Below the pieces are notes generated by a model. The model did not search any database, had not been told where the DNA came from, and saw only the letters and a list, made by a program, of their open reading frames with translations. From positions 96,001 through 160,000 of the IMG/VR virus record IMGVR_UViG_3300024054_000269: DNA of 64,000 nucleotides; one strand, 5' to 3'. The position numbers and the translations under genes are program-made. Source of the DNA: a virus. This document shows positions 29,417 through 37,553 of this stretch, one piece after another (the first letter of the stretch is position 1; each line of letters starts with the position of its first letter).

Positions 29417-29424
29417 TTAATTTC

Positions 29425-29760
29425 TCAATTTATCGATGGTATAACATCATCAAAATCACATAGATATATTTCTTTCATTATCATTCTTTTCTCATTTTGA
29501 GATAAATCTAGTGTTTCAACTTTATTTAAAGCCGTAATTTTTATATAATTTTTAATTTGTTCTTTTGCTTCGTCGATTTTACCATATTCAAGAAATGATA
29601 ATATATCCTCATGAAGTTTAGACTTTGCAATGTTAATCAATTCTCGCTCAGTAATAGTAACTAAATGGTCATCCCCACATTTTGTTCTTAACAAACACAT
29701 CCTAGCAAATCTTTTGGCAAACACTTTAGAAGAATCTAATATCGGACCTAGGTGTAACAT
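29425..29760 (-). CDS. hypothetical protein
   Basis: 111 aa with AAAGAGG SD. Confidence 0.5.
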   Translation of the reverse strand: MLHLGPILDSSKVFAKRFARMCLLRTKCGDDHLVTITERELINIAKSKLHEDILSFLEYGKIDEAKEQIKNYIKITALNKVETLDLSQNEKRMIMKEIYLCDFDDVIPSIN

Positions 29761-29772
29761 ATGAACCTCTTT

Positions 29773-29810
29773 CTTCCTTTGGCGGTTCTATATAGAACCG
29801 CCAAAGGAAG
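29773..29810. repeat. perfect 38 bp palindrome
   Basis: CTTCCTTTGGCGGTTCTAT|ATAGAACCGCCAAAGGAAG. Confidence 0.9.
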
Positions 29811-29819
29811 CACAACATA

Positions 29820-30626
29820 TCAAATTACGGTCGCGACGTCAGAAGAGGCTTTTACAGAACTCAGAAGCCTATCAACATCGGCTTCCGATTTAGCTTTTGA
29901 GCCATTTGTATTAGAAAGTTCTACTTTATCGTCTTTGCCAATCTTAAACAAATTCTTGTCTTTTAGCGCATTGTATAATGACTGGCGAGACCATTTACCG
30001 ACTTTCTTCGTTTCAGAATAAATTTCAGATTTTGTAAGTTTTTTCCCCTTCAATATCTGGGAAATCACACCTTTAAGAGGCGGCTTAGCCCCAGCTTTTG
30101 TAAGCGCAACCTTTACAGGCTTTTTCTCAATTTTTTTATCCGATTTAGCTTCTATTGGTTTTGCCGCCTTGGCTGGTTTCGCCTTTGCAGCCTTTGCCGC
30201 CTTTGCTGGTTTGGCCACCTTGGCCACTTTGGCTGGTTTTTCCGCCTTGGCTGGTTTTTCCGCCTTGGCTGGTTTTTCCGCCTTGGCTGGTTTGGCCGCC
30301 TTGGCTGGTTTGGCCACCTTGGCCGCCTTTGCCGGTTTTGCCGGTTTTGCCGGTTTTGCCGCCTTTGCCGGTTTGTCAACTTTCTTTGTCACTTTTTCTT
30401 TCTTTTCCATTTTTGGTTTGGCCTTTTCCGGGTTTTTTAATTTATTTTCAATACCCGGCATAACATTACTAGACATCAATGTTACAATTTTATCAACTTT
30501 GGCTCTGTTTTCAGTCATTATTTTTGTGACTGATGCATTAGCATTATCGATGCCTTTTATCAATGCGTTGATTTTGGTTTGATTTTGAGTTGACTTTTGA
30601 TTTCCCGATTTCTTACCATCAGCCAT
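29820..30626 (-). CDS. histone H1-like (AKPAK-repeat) DNA-binding protein with C-terminal HTH-like domain
   Basis: K/A/P-rich repeats AKPAKAEKPAK; C-terminal LTKSEIY...WSRQSLYNALK. Confidence 0.75.
   Translation of the reverse strand: MADGKKSGNQKSTQNQTKINALIKGIDNANASVTKIMTENRAKVDKIVTLMSSNVMPGIENKLKNPEKAKPKMEKKEKVTKKVDKPAKAAKPAKPAKPAKAAKVAKPAKAAKPAKAEKPAKAEKPAKAEKPAKVAKVAKPAKAAKAAKAKPAKAAKPIEAKSDKKIEKKPVKVALTKAGAKPPLKGVISQILKGKKLTKSEIYSETKKVGKWSRQSLYNALKDKNLFKIGKDDKVELSNTNGSKAKSEADVDRLLSSVKASSDVATVI
30160..30372 (-). repeat. 9/18 bp coding tandem repeats
   Basis: TTGGCTGGTTTTTCCGCC x3 and GCCGGTTTT x3 (plus-strand text). Confidence 0.85.
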
Positions 30627-30861
30627 GTTTGTGTCCTCTTTGTCGGGGTTCTATTACCCCGGCCTTTTTTGAAAAGGAGCGTCTCTTGAATTGTTTAATG
30701 ATCCTATTGATATCAGACTCACTGACAATTCCAAGCTTTCGGCATACCCTTTCTTTCATGTTTGAATGGTTGACAAGAGTTGATCTTAGTCTTTCATGAC
30801 CACTGGATATTGCCATATTTAATGCAATACCCCATAGTCTTGAAAACTCGTCTGTCACCAT
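30619..30861 (-). CDS. hypothetical protein
   Basis: 80 aa; TGTAAA box 6 nt upstream. Confidence 0.5.
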   Translation of the reverse strand: MVTDEFSRLWGIALNMAISSGHERLRSTLVNHSNMKERVCRKLGIVSESDINRIIKQFKRRSFSKKAGVIEPRQRGHKHG

Positions 30862-30891
30862 TAATATTTTACATTTAAAGTTATATTAATT

Positions 30892-31107
30892 GTGCCAAGA
30901 GTACCGTACAAAATGCATTATCAAGAGTTTCTTAAAATGTTAAATAATATAGAAAATGAATTCAAAATTAACGGTAAACAGCTATTGACAATACGAGATT
31001 TAAAGGAGTTCATTCTAAACAAGACCAATAAGGTTCCCAAACAGCCGCAAGTGTTGAAGCTTAAAAGATCGAAAGGCCTGAAGTCGTTGAAGGGGTTTGG
31101 CTTGTGA
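30892..31107 (+). CDS. hypothetical protein
   Basis: 71 aa basic ORF coupled to next gene. Confidence 0.45.
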   Translation: MPRVPYKMHYQEFLKMLNNIENEFKINGKQLLTIRDLKEFILNKTNKVPKQPQVLKLKRSKGLKSLKGFGL

Positions 31108-31418
31108 CAATGTCGCTAGCCAGGGCCTGGCGAATTTTAGGGTTTGATATGCATGATATAATGCTATCTGCAAAACAAAATAGGGATGTCAATCAAAGAA
31201 TTGAACACATACGAAATTTGACTAAATCAGCCAAGACGGTGGCAAAAAAAGCCATGGCAAAACATCACCCAGATAAGGGTGGTGATCCAAAGATATTTAT
31301 AAGTATAAAAGAAGCCATAGATTCTATAGAACACCATCGTGATAAACTAATAGAAGAATTTAACCAAAAGAAAATAAACACCAAAAAGAAGAGGAAGCCA
31401 TATATTGAATTCAAATAG
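31104..31418 (+). CDS. J-domain-only protein
   Basis: AWRILG...AMAKHHPDKGGDPKIF..IKEA. Confidence 0.75.
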   Translation: MTMSLARAWRILGFDMHDIMLSAKQNRDVNQRIEHIRNLTKSAKTVAKKAMAKHHPDKGGDPKIFISIKEAIDSIEHHRDKLIEEFNQKKINTKKKRKPYIEFK

Positions 31419-31446
31419 TGAACTTATTATGATTGAGAATAATTAG

Positions 31447-31803
31447 ATGTCAAATTACTGTCCACTATCAATCGACCTGAATACAAAGTGCAATTTGACA
31501 CCAAACGAATGCACACTATGTAATAGACCAGCTAGCAAGGGAAATGTTTGGATAGAAAACAACATATGCAGATTGGATGAAATAGATTACGATGTTGTAT
31601 GCCGTGTTTTGTCACATGTGCCAAGGGCAAGGAAAGACTTGCTTGAAATAACAAACGACCCAACATTAATAGCATTGGCAAACACTGTCGGTTTAGTAAT
31701 TCCAGATCAAGAAGAAAATGAAATTCACAGAAAAAGATTAACTAGAAATACGCTTCCGTATTACACTATTTTCAAGGGAAATGTCGGGGGTAATATTATT
31801 TAA
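31447..31803 (+). CDS. hypothetical protein
   Basis: 118 aa, Cys-containing N-terminus. Confidence 0.5.
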   Translation: MSNYCPLSIDLNTKCNLTPNECTLCNRPASKGNVWIENNICRLDEIDYDVVCRVLSHVPRARKDLLEITNDPTLIALANTVGLVIPDQEENEIHRKRLTRNTLPYYTIFKGNVGGNII

Positions 31804-32296
31804 TAGCATCTGTAGTTGTGTCCAAAGTTCCGCCATAATAACCGTTGTTGGCTCTTTCTATGACAATCTCAACTTTTTCATTAACTAATTTTGTTAAGTC
31901 AATATCAAGAACGTATGCTAAAACATATGAATATATTATGATGTCTGGTAACTCTTTACGAATACCATCTAGTATTCTTGACCTATCGTAACCATTACGC
32001 AAACTTCGGACTATATTATTGGCCATTTCCCCCGACTCGGCATTTATGGCTAATGTGTAATATACAGACGGATCGTTACCGTAAGCAGCCTTTTCATCCA
32101 TATTTTTTACAGCGCATATAGCTTTATGGCTCCTTATGATCGAACTTAAAATTGGTTCTTGAGCTGAGTCAAGAGACGCAATTAAATTCTGTTTTCTTAA
32201 TTTGAGTTTTTCTTTGATCGTATCTGTGATTTCCTCATTTATTATTAGGTCAATCTCATTAACACGAGCCTTGATTGTGTTCTGGTCTTCTATCAT
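31796..32296 (-). CDS. MazG-like nucleotide pyrophosphohydrolase
   Basis: LAINAESGEMANNI...IRKELPDIIIYSYVLA..LDIDL. Confidence 0.75.
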   Translation of the reverse strand: MIEDQNTIKARVNEIDLIINEEITDTIKEKLKLRKQNLIASLDSAQEPILSSIIRSHKAICAVKNMDEKAAYGNDPSVYYTLAINAESGEMANNIVRSLRNGYDRSRILDGIRKELPDIIIYSYVLAYVLDIDLTKLVNEKVEIVIERANNGYYGGTLDTTTDAIK

Positions 32297-33030
32297 TTTG
32301 ATCTTTCGCGAGTTAATGACGATGAATAATAGTTTGACATTTCTGATGCGGACGATGCCATGTCATAGTATAAATCACTAAGTTCATTTGCGTGTTCAAT
32401 TTCTTGCTTTGATTGTTTTTTTGCCATTTTGACTAAATCTTCAATCATCATTTGGAAATTTGACTTAATTTCCCTATTTCCTCTTAGCCACTCTCTTCTC
32501 ATAAATTGATATAAACACAAAAAATCAGCTGCTTTAACTATTGCATTTACATAATTATTGTTCATTTCAGAAAGATTGTAAGACAATTTAACCAAATTTT
32601 TAATTGGCTGTTCAATTCGTTTTTCAAATTCTGTTTCTTCTGCTTTGTCTATGGCGTTTTTTAATTCTTCACTACTATGCTTAAACGTTCTTACAAAATC
32701 ACCGCTTATACTTTCCCCAACATCATGCATTAGAGCCTTTAATATTATTGCACCAAGCAATTTGTCCGAATCTTCTTTTTTATAAATTTCAGTATGTATT
32801 AGAGCTGAATAAAGTGCTGCCCAAAAACAGTGCGAAGAAACATTTTCAGGAACAAGTATTGGTATACTACTAAATCTCCATACATAATCTAATCTACGTA
32901 TTTCACCGGAAGCAGCATCTAAAATTTGTCCCCAATCTTTTCTCACCATTAATTTTACACACAAACTATGTGTCGTCCACCTTGATTTGGTAGGCTTTAG
33001 CTGAAACTCCTTGATTAGCAAATTTGTCAA
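32293..33030 (-). CDS. HD-domain 5'-deoxynucleotidase (YfbR/DatZ-like)
   Basis: RLDYVWRF...ENVSSHCF...ALMHDVGESISGD...VKAAD. Confidence 0.85.
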   Translation of the reverse strand: MTNLLIKEFQLKPTKSRWTTHSLCVKLMVRKDWGQILDAASGEIRRLDYVWRFSSIPILVPENVSSHCFWAALYSALIHTEIYKKEDSDKLLGAIILKALMHDVGESISGDFVRTFKHSSEELKNAIDKAEETEFEKRIEQPIKNLVKLSYNLSEMNNNYVNAIVKAADFLCLYQFMRREWLRGNREIKSNFQMMIEDLVKMAKKQSKQEIEHANELSDLYYDMASSASEMSNYYSSSLTRERSK

Positions 33031-33157
33031 TCATGTTTTTCATTTGAGATGGGGTAGCAACCATATGTTTTATTACGGTTTCACCCTCATCATCAATATA
33101 TTCTAAAGACCAAAAACATACCAACGGTTTCTGTCCGGTCTTTTTGATCTGATTCAT
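32966..33157 (-). CDS. hypothetical protein
   Basis: 63 aa; overlaps HD gene 5' end. Confidence 0.35.
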   Translation of the reverse strand: MNQIKKTGQKPLVCFWSLEYIDDEGETVIKHMVATPSQMKNMIDKFANQGVSAKAYQIKVDDT

Positions 33158-33206
33158 TTCAAATAAACCCTACGTAAATTCTAAAAAATGTTATGTAATT
33201 AACTAT

Positions 33207-33740
33207 ATGGAAAATAGACCTAAAATTCTTGATGACAAACACCCATCGTTCGGTTGTAAAACCGCAATGTTTCTATTCAATAACAACGGAAATCTTATAA
33301 TTGTTGAAGCCTCAAACCCGTGGCAGGTCCAGGTAATTGAGAGGCTCTTACTAGACGGTCAAGTTAGCCCTGGGTGTGAGGTTGTGGCCGTTTTCAGGAA
33401 TTGCTCCGACGCTGGTTTAAGGTCGGATAGTATCACTAACATCAATTATGTTGATTTTGTTGTTGACAAGGTTCAGCCTGGCAAATTTCTGGTGGATTCA
33501 GTTATGGCGTATTCACTTCGCTGTTCAATGAGTGATGCTGAATGCAAAGTTGCTAGCCAGAAACTCAAGAAATACATTGATAAGCAAAATGTCGTACAGG
33601 AAAAGCTTGAATCCAGTTTGGTAAATCTTGGATTCAAGAAATCGAAAGTCAGTAAGTGGGTAAATTCACTACCAAATGATTATCTAAATTCTACTGAATT
33701 TGAAAAGTTGTTCAAGGATGGGGTCCAGGCTTGTAGCTGA
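33207..33740 (+). CDS. protein with RuvA C-terminal-like domain
   Basis: C-terminal LESSLVNLGFKKSKVSKWV...EKLFKDGV resembles RuvA domain III; TGTAAT box upstream. Confidence 0.5.
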   Translation: MENRPKILDDKHPSFGCKTAMFLFNNNGNLIIVEASNPWQVQVIERLLLDGQVSPGCEVVAVFRNCSDAGLRSDSITNINYVDFVVDKVQPGKFLVDSVMAYSLRCSMSDAECKVASQKLKKYIDKQNVVQEKLESSLVNLGFKKSKVSKWVNSLPNDYLNSTEFEKLFKDGVQACS

Positions 33741-33766
33741 ATATATTTTTAATTACTAATCTCAAT

Positions 33767-34429
33767 ATGAGTATAATTGATGAAGCCAAATCAAATTGGG
33801 AACAGCTATTAAGCGAGTTGCCAACTGACATACCGATTTGGCGCTTAGAACGGGCATTAAGAGATATATCAAATATTAGGGCTGATTTTACATCATATAT
33901 TTATGAGTATGACCAAATCGACCCCAAAAAAATAACAGAAAAAGCCATTAGAATTCAGTTGAAACCTGGACCAGACGATGTATTAGTTAATGTTGGTGAG
34001 AAGGGCGTTGGTGGCACATATTACCTCTTTGAAAAGATGAATTTAGATGATGTTGTAACATCAATTAGTGAAAATATAGTTAAAGAGGTTGCTTTGGCAT
34101 TCGACAAAAATAAATTATCAACAAAATTAAAAGAAATAGCTAACAGGCTAGAATTAATGGTTAAACCTAGTAGATTAGCAGTTGCAAATGAATTAGAGGA
34201 CCTTTATATAGAGTTTGTTAGACCAGATGAAGAAATGGCTGCTAAAAAAGTTGCTAAGTCCTTAAGGGCTATGCACAATAACTTCTCAGACGTGGAATCG
34301 GTTGCGCGTAAAATTCAAGTAGACTTGGAAGACGGCGATGCTTCGAATGTCGAATCAACCATTGATGATATAAGATACAATCTCAAGTCGGCTTTTAAAA
34401 ATTATAGTAATTATTTAAACCCAAGATAG
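33767..34429 (+). CDS. hypothetical protein, possible internal head protein
   Basis: Helical; internal LKEIANRLE, KKVAKSL, SVARKIQ motifs. Confidence 0.55.
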   Translation: MSIIDEAKSNWEQLLSELPTDIPIWRLERALRDISNIRADFTSYIYEYDQIDPKKITEKAIRIQLKPGPDDVLVNVGEKGVGGTYYLFEKMNLDDVVTSISENIVKEVALAFDKNKLSTKLKEIANRLELMVKPSRLAVANELEDLYIEFVRPDEEMAAKKVAKSLRAMHNNFSDVESVARKIQVDLEDGDASNVESTIDDIRYNLKSAFKNYSNYLNPR

Positions 34430-34464
34430 CCGTAAATTGGACAGGCGATCTTTTATTAAATTTT

Positions 34465-34755
34465 ATGAAAAGAATTCACGAAACCAACGACATTGAAGTC
34501 TTTGAGTCTGATGACCTAAACGACAGGATAAAACTTCTTGAAAGTCTTGTTTCTATATCAGATTGCGAGAATCCGCAGGTTGTTTTTAATACTCTGAACG
34601 TCCGGACAGTTGAACCGGAACCGGTCAAACCTCCGGAAACTAACGTTATGAAGGTTGTTGTGACAAATTTCGTTAGTTCATTCATCCTGTCTTTTCTACT
34701 CGTGATGGTAGCGTTCATAGCAATCATTGTAGTTGCACACATGGGATGGTATTAA
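34465..34755 (+). CDS. small membrane protein
   Basis: C-terminal hydrophobic helix. Confidence 0.5.
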   Translation: MKRIHETNDIEVFESDDLNDRIKLLESLVSISDCENPQVVFNTLNVRTVEPEPVKPPETNVMKVVVTNFVSSFILSFLLVMVAFIAIIVVAHMGWY

Positions 34756-35150
34756 TAGGTTTTGGTCCGCCACAAGATAAAACACCAATATACCCGCTTG
34801 CTATATTGGTATTTGTTGAAAATAAATATAAAATATTAAGAAATGGATTATCAGAATTATTTGTATCTGAGTCTGAACTTGATGACTTAATACTTTTAAA
34901 CAAAATACAAAAGTTACCTAAACCAATTCAATATGAACCAAATAAATGGCCAGTAATTGAAGACAACCGTGTTGATTGGATAAATGTTGATGATGTTGAT
35001 TTTAAAAGATCAGAGCGATCTAAATCTATGTTAGAAGAGGGGCAGTCTTTGTTGAAAACAAACCCAATAAAAGCGATAGATTTGATATCCAGATCTGCGT
35101 TAATAATCGGTGTTGATATCAAGTCTATATATTTAAATTCTGATGAATAA
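34746..35150 (+). CDS. hypothetical protein
   Basis: 134 aa ORF. Confidence 0.5.
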   Translation: MVLIGFGPPQDKTPIYPLAILVFVENKYKILRNGLSELFVSESELDDLILLNKIQKLPKPIQYEPNKWPVIEDNRVDWINVDDVDFKRSERSKSMLEEGQSLLKTNPIKAIDLISRSALIIGVDIKSIYLNSDE

Positions 35151-35375
35151 ATATACTATTTGGACTAATAGTCCGATAATAGACAAAGACCCGGAAAATA
35201 TTGTAAAAACGCGTTTTGTTTCTAATTTAATATCACCAGCATTAACAAACCCACCAACAAAGCAGCACGTTTGAGTGAGTGTGAACAGTATTAATGTAGT
35301 CGGTTTTGAGGAGTCAATATTTACTATAATCCCTGATATGATTGATATCCAAATAAACACCAATAAGTTTGTCAT
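35133..35375 (-). CDS. small multi-pass membrane protein
   Basis: Three hydrophobic segments. Confidence 0.45.
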   Translation of the reverse strand: MTNLLVFIWISIISGIIVNIDSSKPTTLILFTLTQTCCFVGGFVNAGDIKLETKRVFTIFSGSLSIIGLLVQIVYLFIRI

Positions 35376-35587
35376 TCAGGTTTTCCGAACATTTCAATAA
35401 ATCTTAGTCTATCAACCGGTTCTACTCTGTCAAAACATAACTTCTTAAATTCGGGGTCTCTTTTAACTCGACCAAAAATTCTAGCTTTTTTCCTACCAAG
35501 AGAATTCAAACAAATTTCACAAATATCACCATCAAGTTTTTTCATTTGGTCACAATGATAACATTTTCCGATTTTTATCACAGTCAT
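35372..35587 (-). CDS. small Zn-finger protein
   Basis: CYHC...CEIC. Confidence 0.55.
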   Translation of the reverse strand: MTVIKIGKCYHCDQMKKLDGDICEICLNSLGRKKARIFGRVKRDPEFKKLCFDRVEPVDRLRFIEMFGKPE

Positions 35588-35626
35588 ACTCTATATATAT
35601 AAATCGCTAATCAAAATTTACGTTAG

Positions 35627-36166
35627 ATGTCAAAGTACAAAATTATTTCGTACAAAATTGCCTTCGATTCGCCCAGGGGTCTACTTGATCAAACAACAAG
35701 TGATCTGTGGTGTGATCCGGTTAGAGAGGGCGAATTTTCAGCACCAACAGGTCAGGTGATAGCAACTCTTCAGAAATATTTGTCTTTAAAATACGCAATA
35801 GATATAGCATATAGAAATTTTTCAGATAGAATAACTGGACCATGGAGAGACGCAACAGTTAAGCATTGGTATGAACATGCTGAAGATGAAAGAAAGCATC
35901 AATATAGTATAGCTATGAAGTTGGTCGCTCTTGGTAGTGACCCAGTTCCATCAGTTTATCAAATACCAAATTCCGGTCCAAATTTGGAGGTTATGTTCCA
36001 ATCATTAATGGATTTGGAATTAGAAGCAATCTCAATAGGAAGAGAACTTGTTGATTGTTCTGGGTCGAAAGTTGGATTCAGAGTCCTGATTGAAAACATG
36101 GTTCAAGATGACGGTCACCATCTAGACGATCTACGACGCATGTTTACAAAGGTTTCACAAATATGA
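35627..36166 (+). CDS. ferritin-like (bacterioferritin/Dps-fold) protein
   Basis: EHAEDERKH...LGSDP...DLELEAI...ENM..DDGHHLDDL. Confidence 0.75.
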   Translation: MSKYKIISYKIAFDSPRGLLDQTTSDLWCDPVREGEFSAPTGQVIATLQKYLSLKYAIDIAYRNFSDRITGPWRDATVKHWYEHAEDERKHQYSIAMKLVALGSDPVPSVYQIPNSGPNLEVMFQSLMDLELEAISIGRELVDCSGSKVGFRVLIENMVQDDGHHLDDLRRMFTKVSQI

Positions 36167-36717
36167 ATCAAATAATAACATTGAACAAAACAATAATAGA
36201 AATTGGAAAAGAATTCCAAAAGTTTGAAATTATCAAGAAAGATTCAAGCAAATTGATGAAGGCCATTAATTTATTTTTAGTTATAATGTCGTTCGGGACG
36301 AATCGGAACTTTATGAAGAATTTTGTTACAACAATTGGTCAAAAAGTTTATGTACCAAATGGGTGGGACAAATGGGTTGATGAAGCAAAGATAGGTGTGC
36401 TACGACACGAACGCGTACATATGAGACAATCAAAGAGATTAACTCCAATACTATATTCAATAATTTATTTATTCCTGCCAGTTCCATTTTTCTTTGCATA
36501 CGGAAGGGCAAAACTTGAATGGGAAGCCTACACAGAATCAATAAAAACCCGTGCCGAACTTTGTGGCATAGACAGCGCTAGAGACAAAGAATACAGGGAT
36601 AAACTGATAAAAAATTTTACTGGGCCATCATACCTGTTCATGTTTCCATTCAAGAAAACTCTAAATAAATGGTACGACAAAGTTTTGAGCGAGATAGAGG
36701 CTGGAGATAAAAAATGA
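36163..36717 (+). CDS. HExxH putative metalloprotease (DUF4157-like)
   Basis: TTIG..VY...LRHERVHMRQ...Y...FF..Y.R..LEWEAY. Confidence 0.65.
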   Translation: MNQIITLNKTIIEIGKEFQKFEIIKKDSSKLMKAINLFLVIMSFGTNRNFMKNFVTTIGQKVYVPNGWDKWVDEAKIGVLRHERVHMRQSKRLTPILYSIIYLFLPVPFFFAYGRAKLEWEAYTESIKTRAELCGIDSARDKEYRDKLIKNFTGPSYLFMFPFKKTLNKWYDKVLSEIEAGDKK

Positions 36718-37292
36718 AGAACATAATAAAGGTGTTGATGATAGTTCTGTTTGGACTTTTGGTAATACCAACTATTCAAATACCAATTGCTAAAGCTCAA
36801 ACAACTCAGTGTGAAGGACCAGCTGAACTTTGTTCAAAAATAAACGATTTACAAGACAAATTACACAAATTAGAACAATCTGGCACATCACAAGAAAAAA
36901 AGAGTGGTAGTAAAGATATAACCAAAGCAATAGCAATCGCAGCTGCAATCGCCGCTGCATTAAAATTACTATTGTCGTCTCTTAAACAGTGGGCCGGTTT
37001 CTTTAAAACTGACAAGCAAAAGGCGGCTTTAAAAGTTACTACTTTGTTTGTTGGGTTAGGTGCTTTCATGGCAACAAACATAGGATTCGGTATGCCATGG
37101 TGGGAAGCTTTAATAGTTGCAGGCGGTGGACCTGGCTCGATGTTGATTCATGATTTAACAAAATTAATAGAAGTATTTAAAGGGGAGAAAAAATATGACG
37201 ATGTAAAGAAAGATCTTGAATCCGATTTAGATAAAAGTTCAGAATCTGTAAAAGACCAATCAAAAGATGCTGAGGACAAACCTAACGGTTAA
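36714..37292 (+). CDS. membrane protein with signal peptide (holin-like)
   Basis: Signal peptide ...AKA, coiled coil, 2-3 TM segments, acidic tail. Confidence 0.5.
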   Translation: MKNIIKVLMIVLFGLLVIPTIQIPIAKAQTTQCEGPAELCSKINDLQDKLHKLEQSGTSQEKKSGSKDITKAIAIAAAIAAALKLLLSSLKQWAGFFKTDKQKAALKVTTLFVGLGAFMATNIGFGMPWWEALIVAGGGPGSMLIHDLTKLIEVFKGEKKYDDVKKDLESDLDKSSESVKDQSKDAEDKPNG

Positions 37293-37294
37293 AA

Positions 37295-37510
37295 TTAGCC
37301 GTTCACAACTTGTTCAGTAAGACTCTCGTTGCATCCAATAGATGATGTTATCTCTCTATCTGGATCCCAGGCTTGTATGTAACCTTGCAGCCCACATTTT
37401 TTGCACACGTAATTAAATCGCCTTTGTGTTTCTACCCATTCGTGACTATCGTTTTGTTCGTATTTCAACGGGTGTGCTTTGTGCAAATTCTTTAATGGGT
37501 GTATGGCCAT
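37295..37510 (-). CDS. small CxxC protein with shared C-terminal motif
   Basis: GGAGG SD; CKKC; ends GCNESLTEQVVNG. Confidence 0.65.
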   Translation of the reverse strand: MAIHPLKNLHKAHPLKYEQNDSHEWVETQRRFNYVCKKCGLQGYIQAWDPDREITSSIGCNESLTEQVVNG

Positions 37511-37553
37511 TAAATACCTCCAAATATACTACTAATTAAAAATACAATTGAAA

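Noticed and set aside
30152-30582. Repetitive ORFs 30152-, 30155+ and 30169+ (RQNR, PPWLV and AGFA repeats)
   Set aside because: Shadow frames of the AKPAK repeat gene; only 29820..30626 has unique flanking domains.
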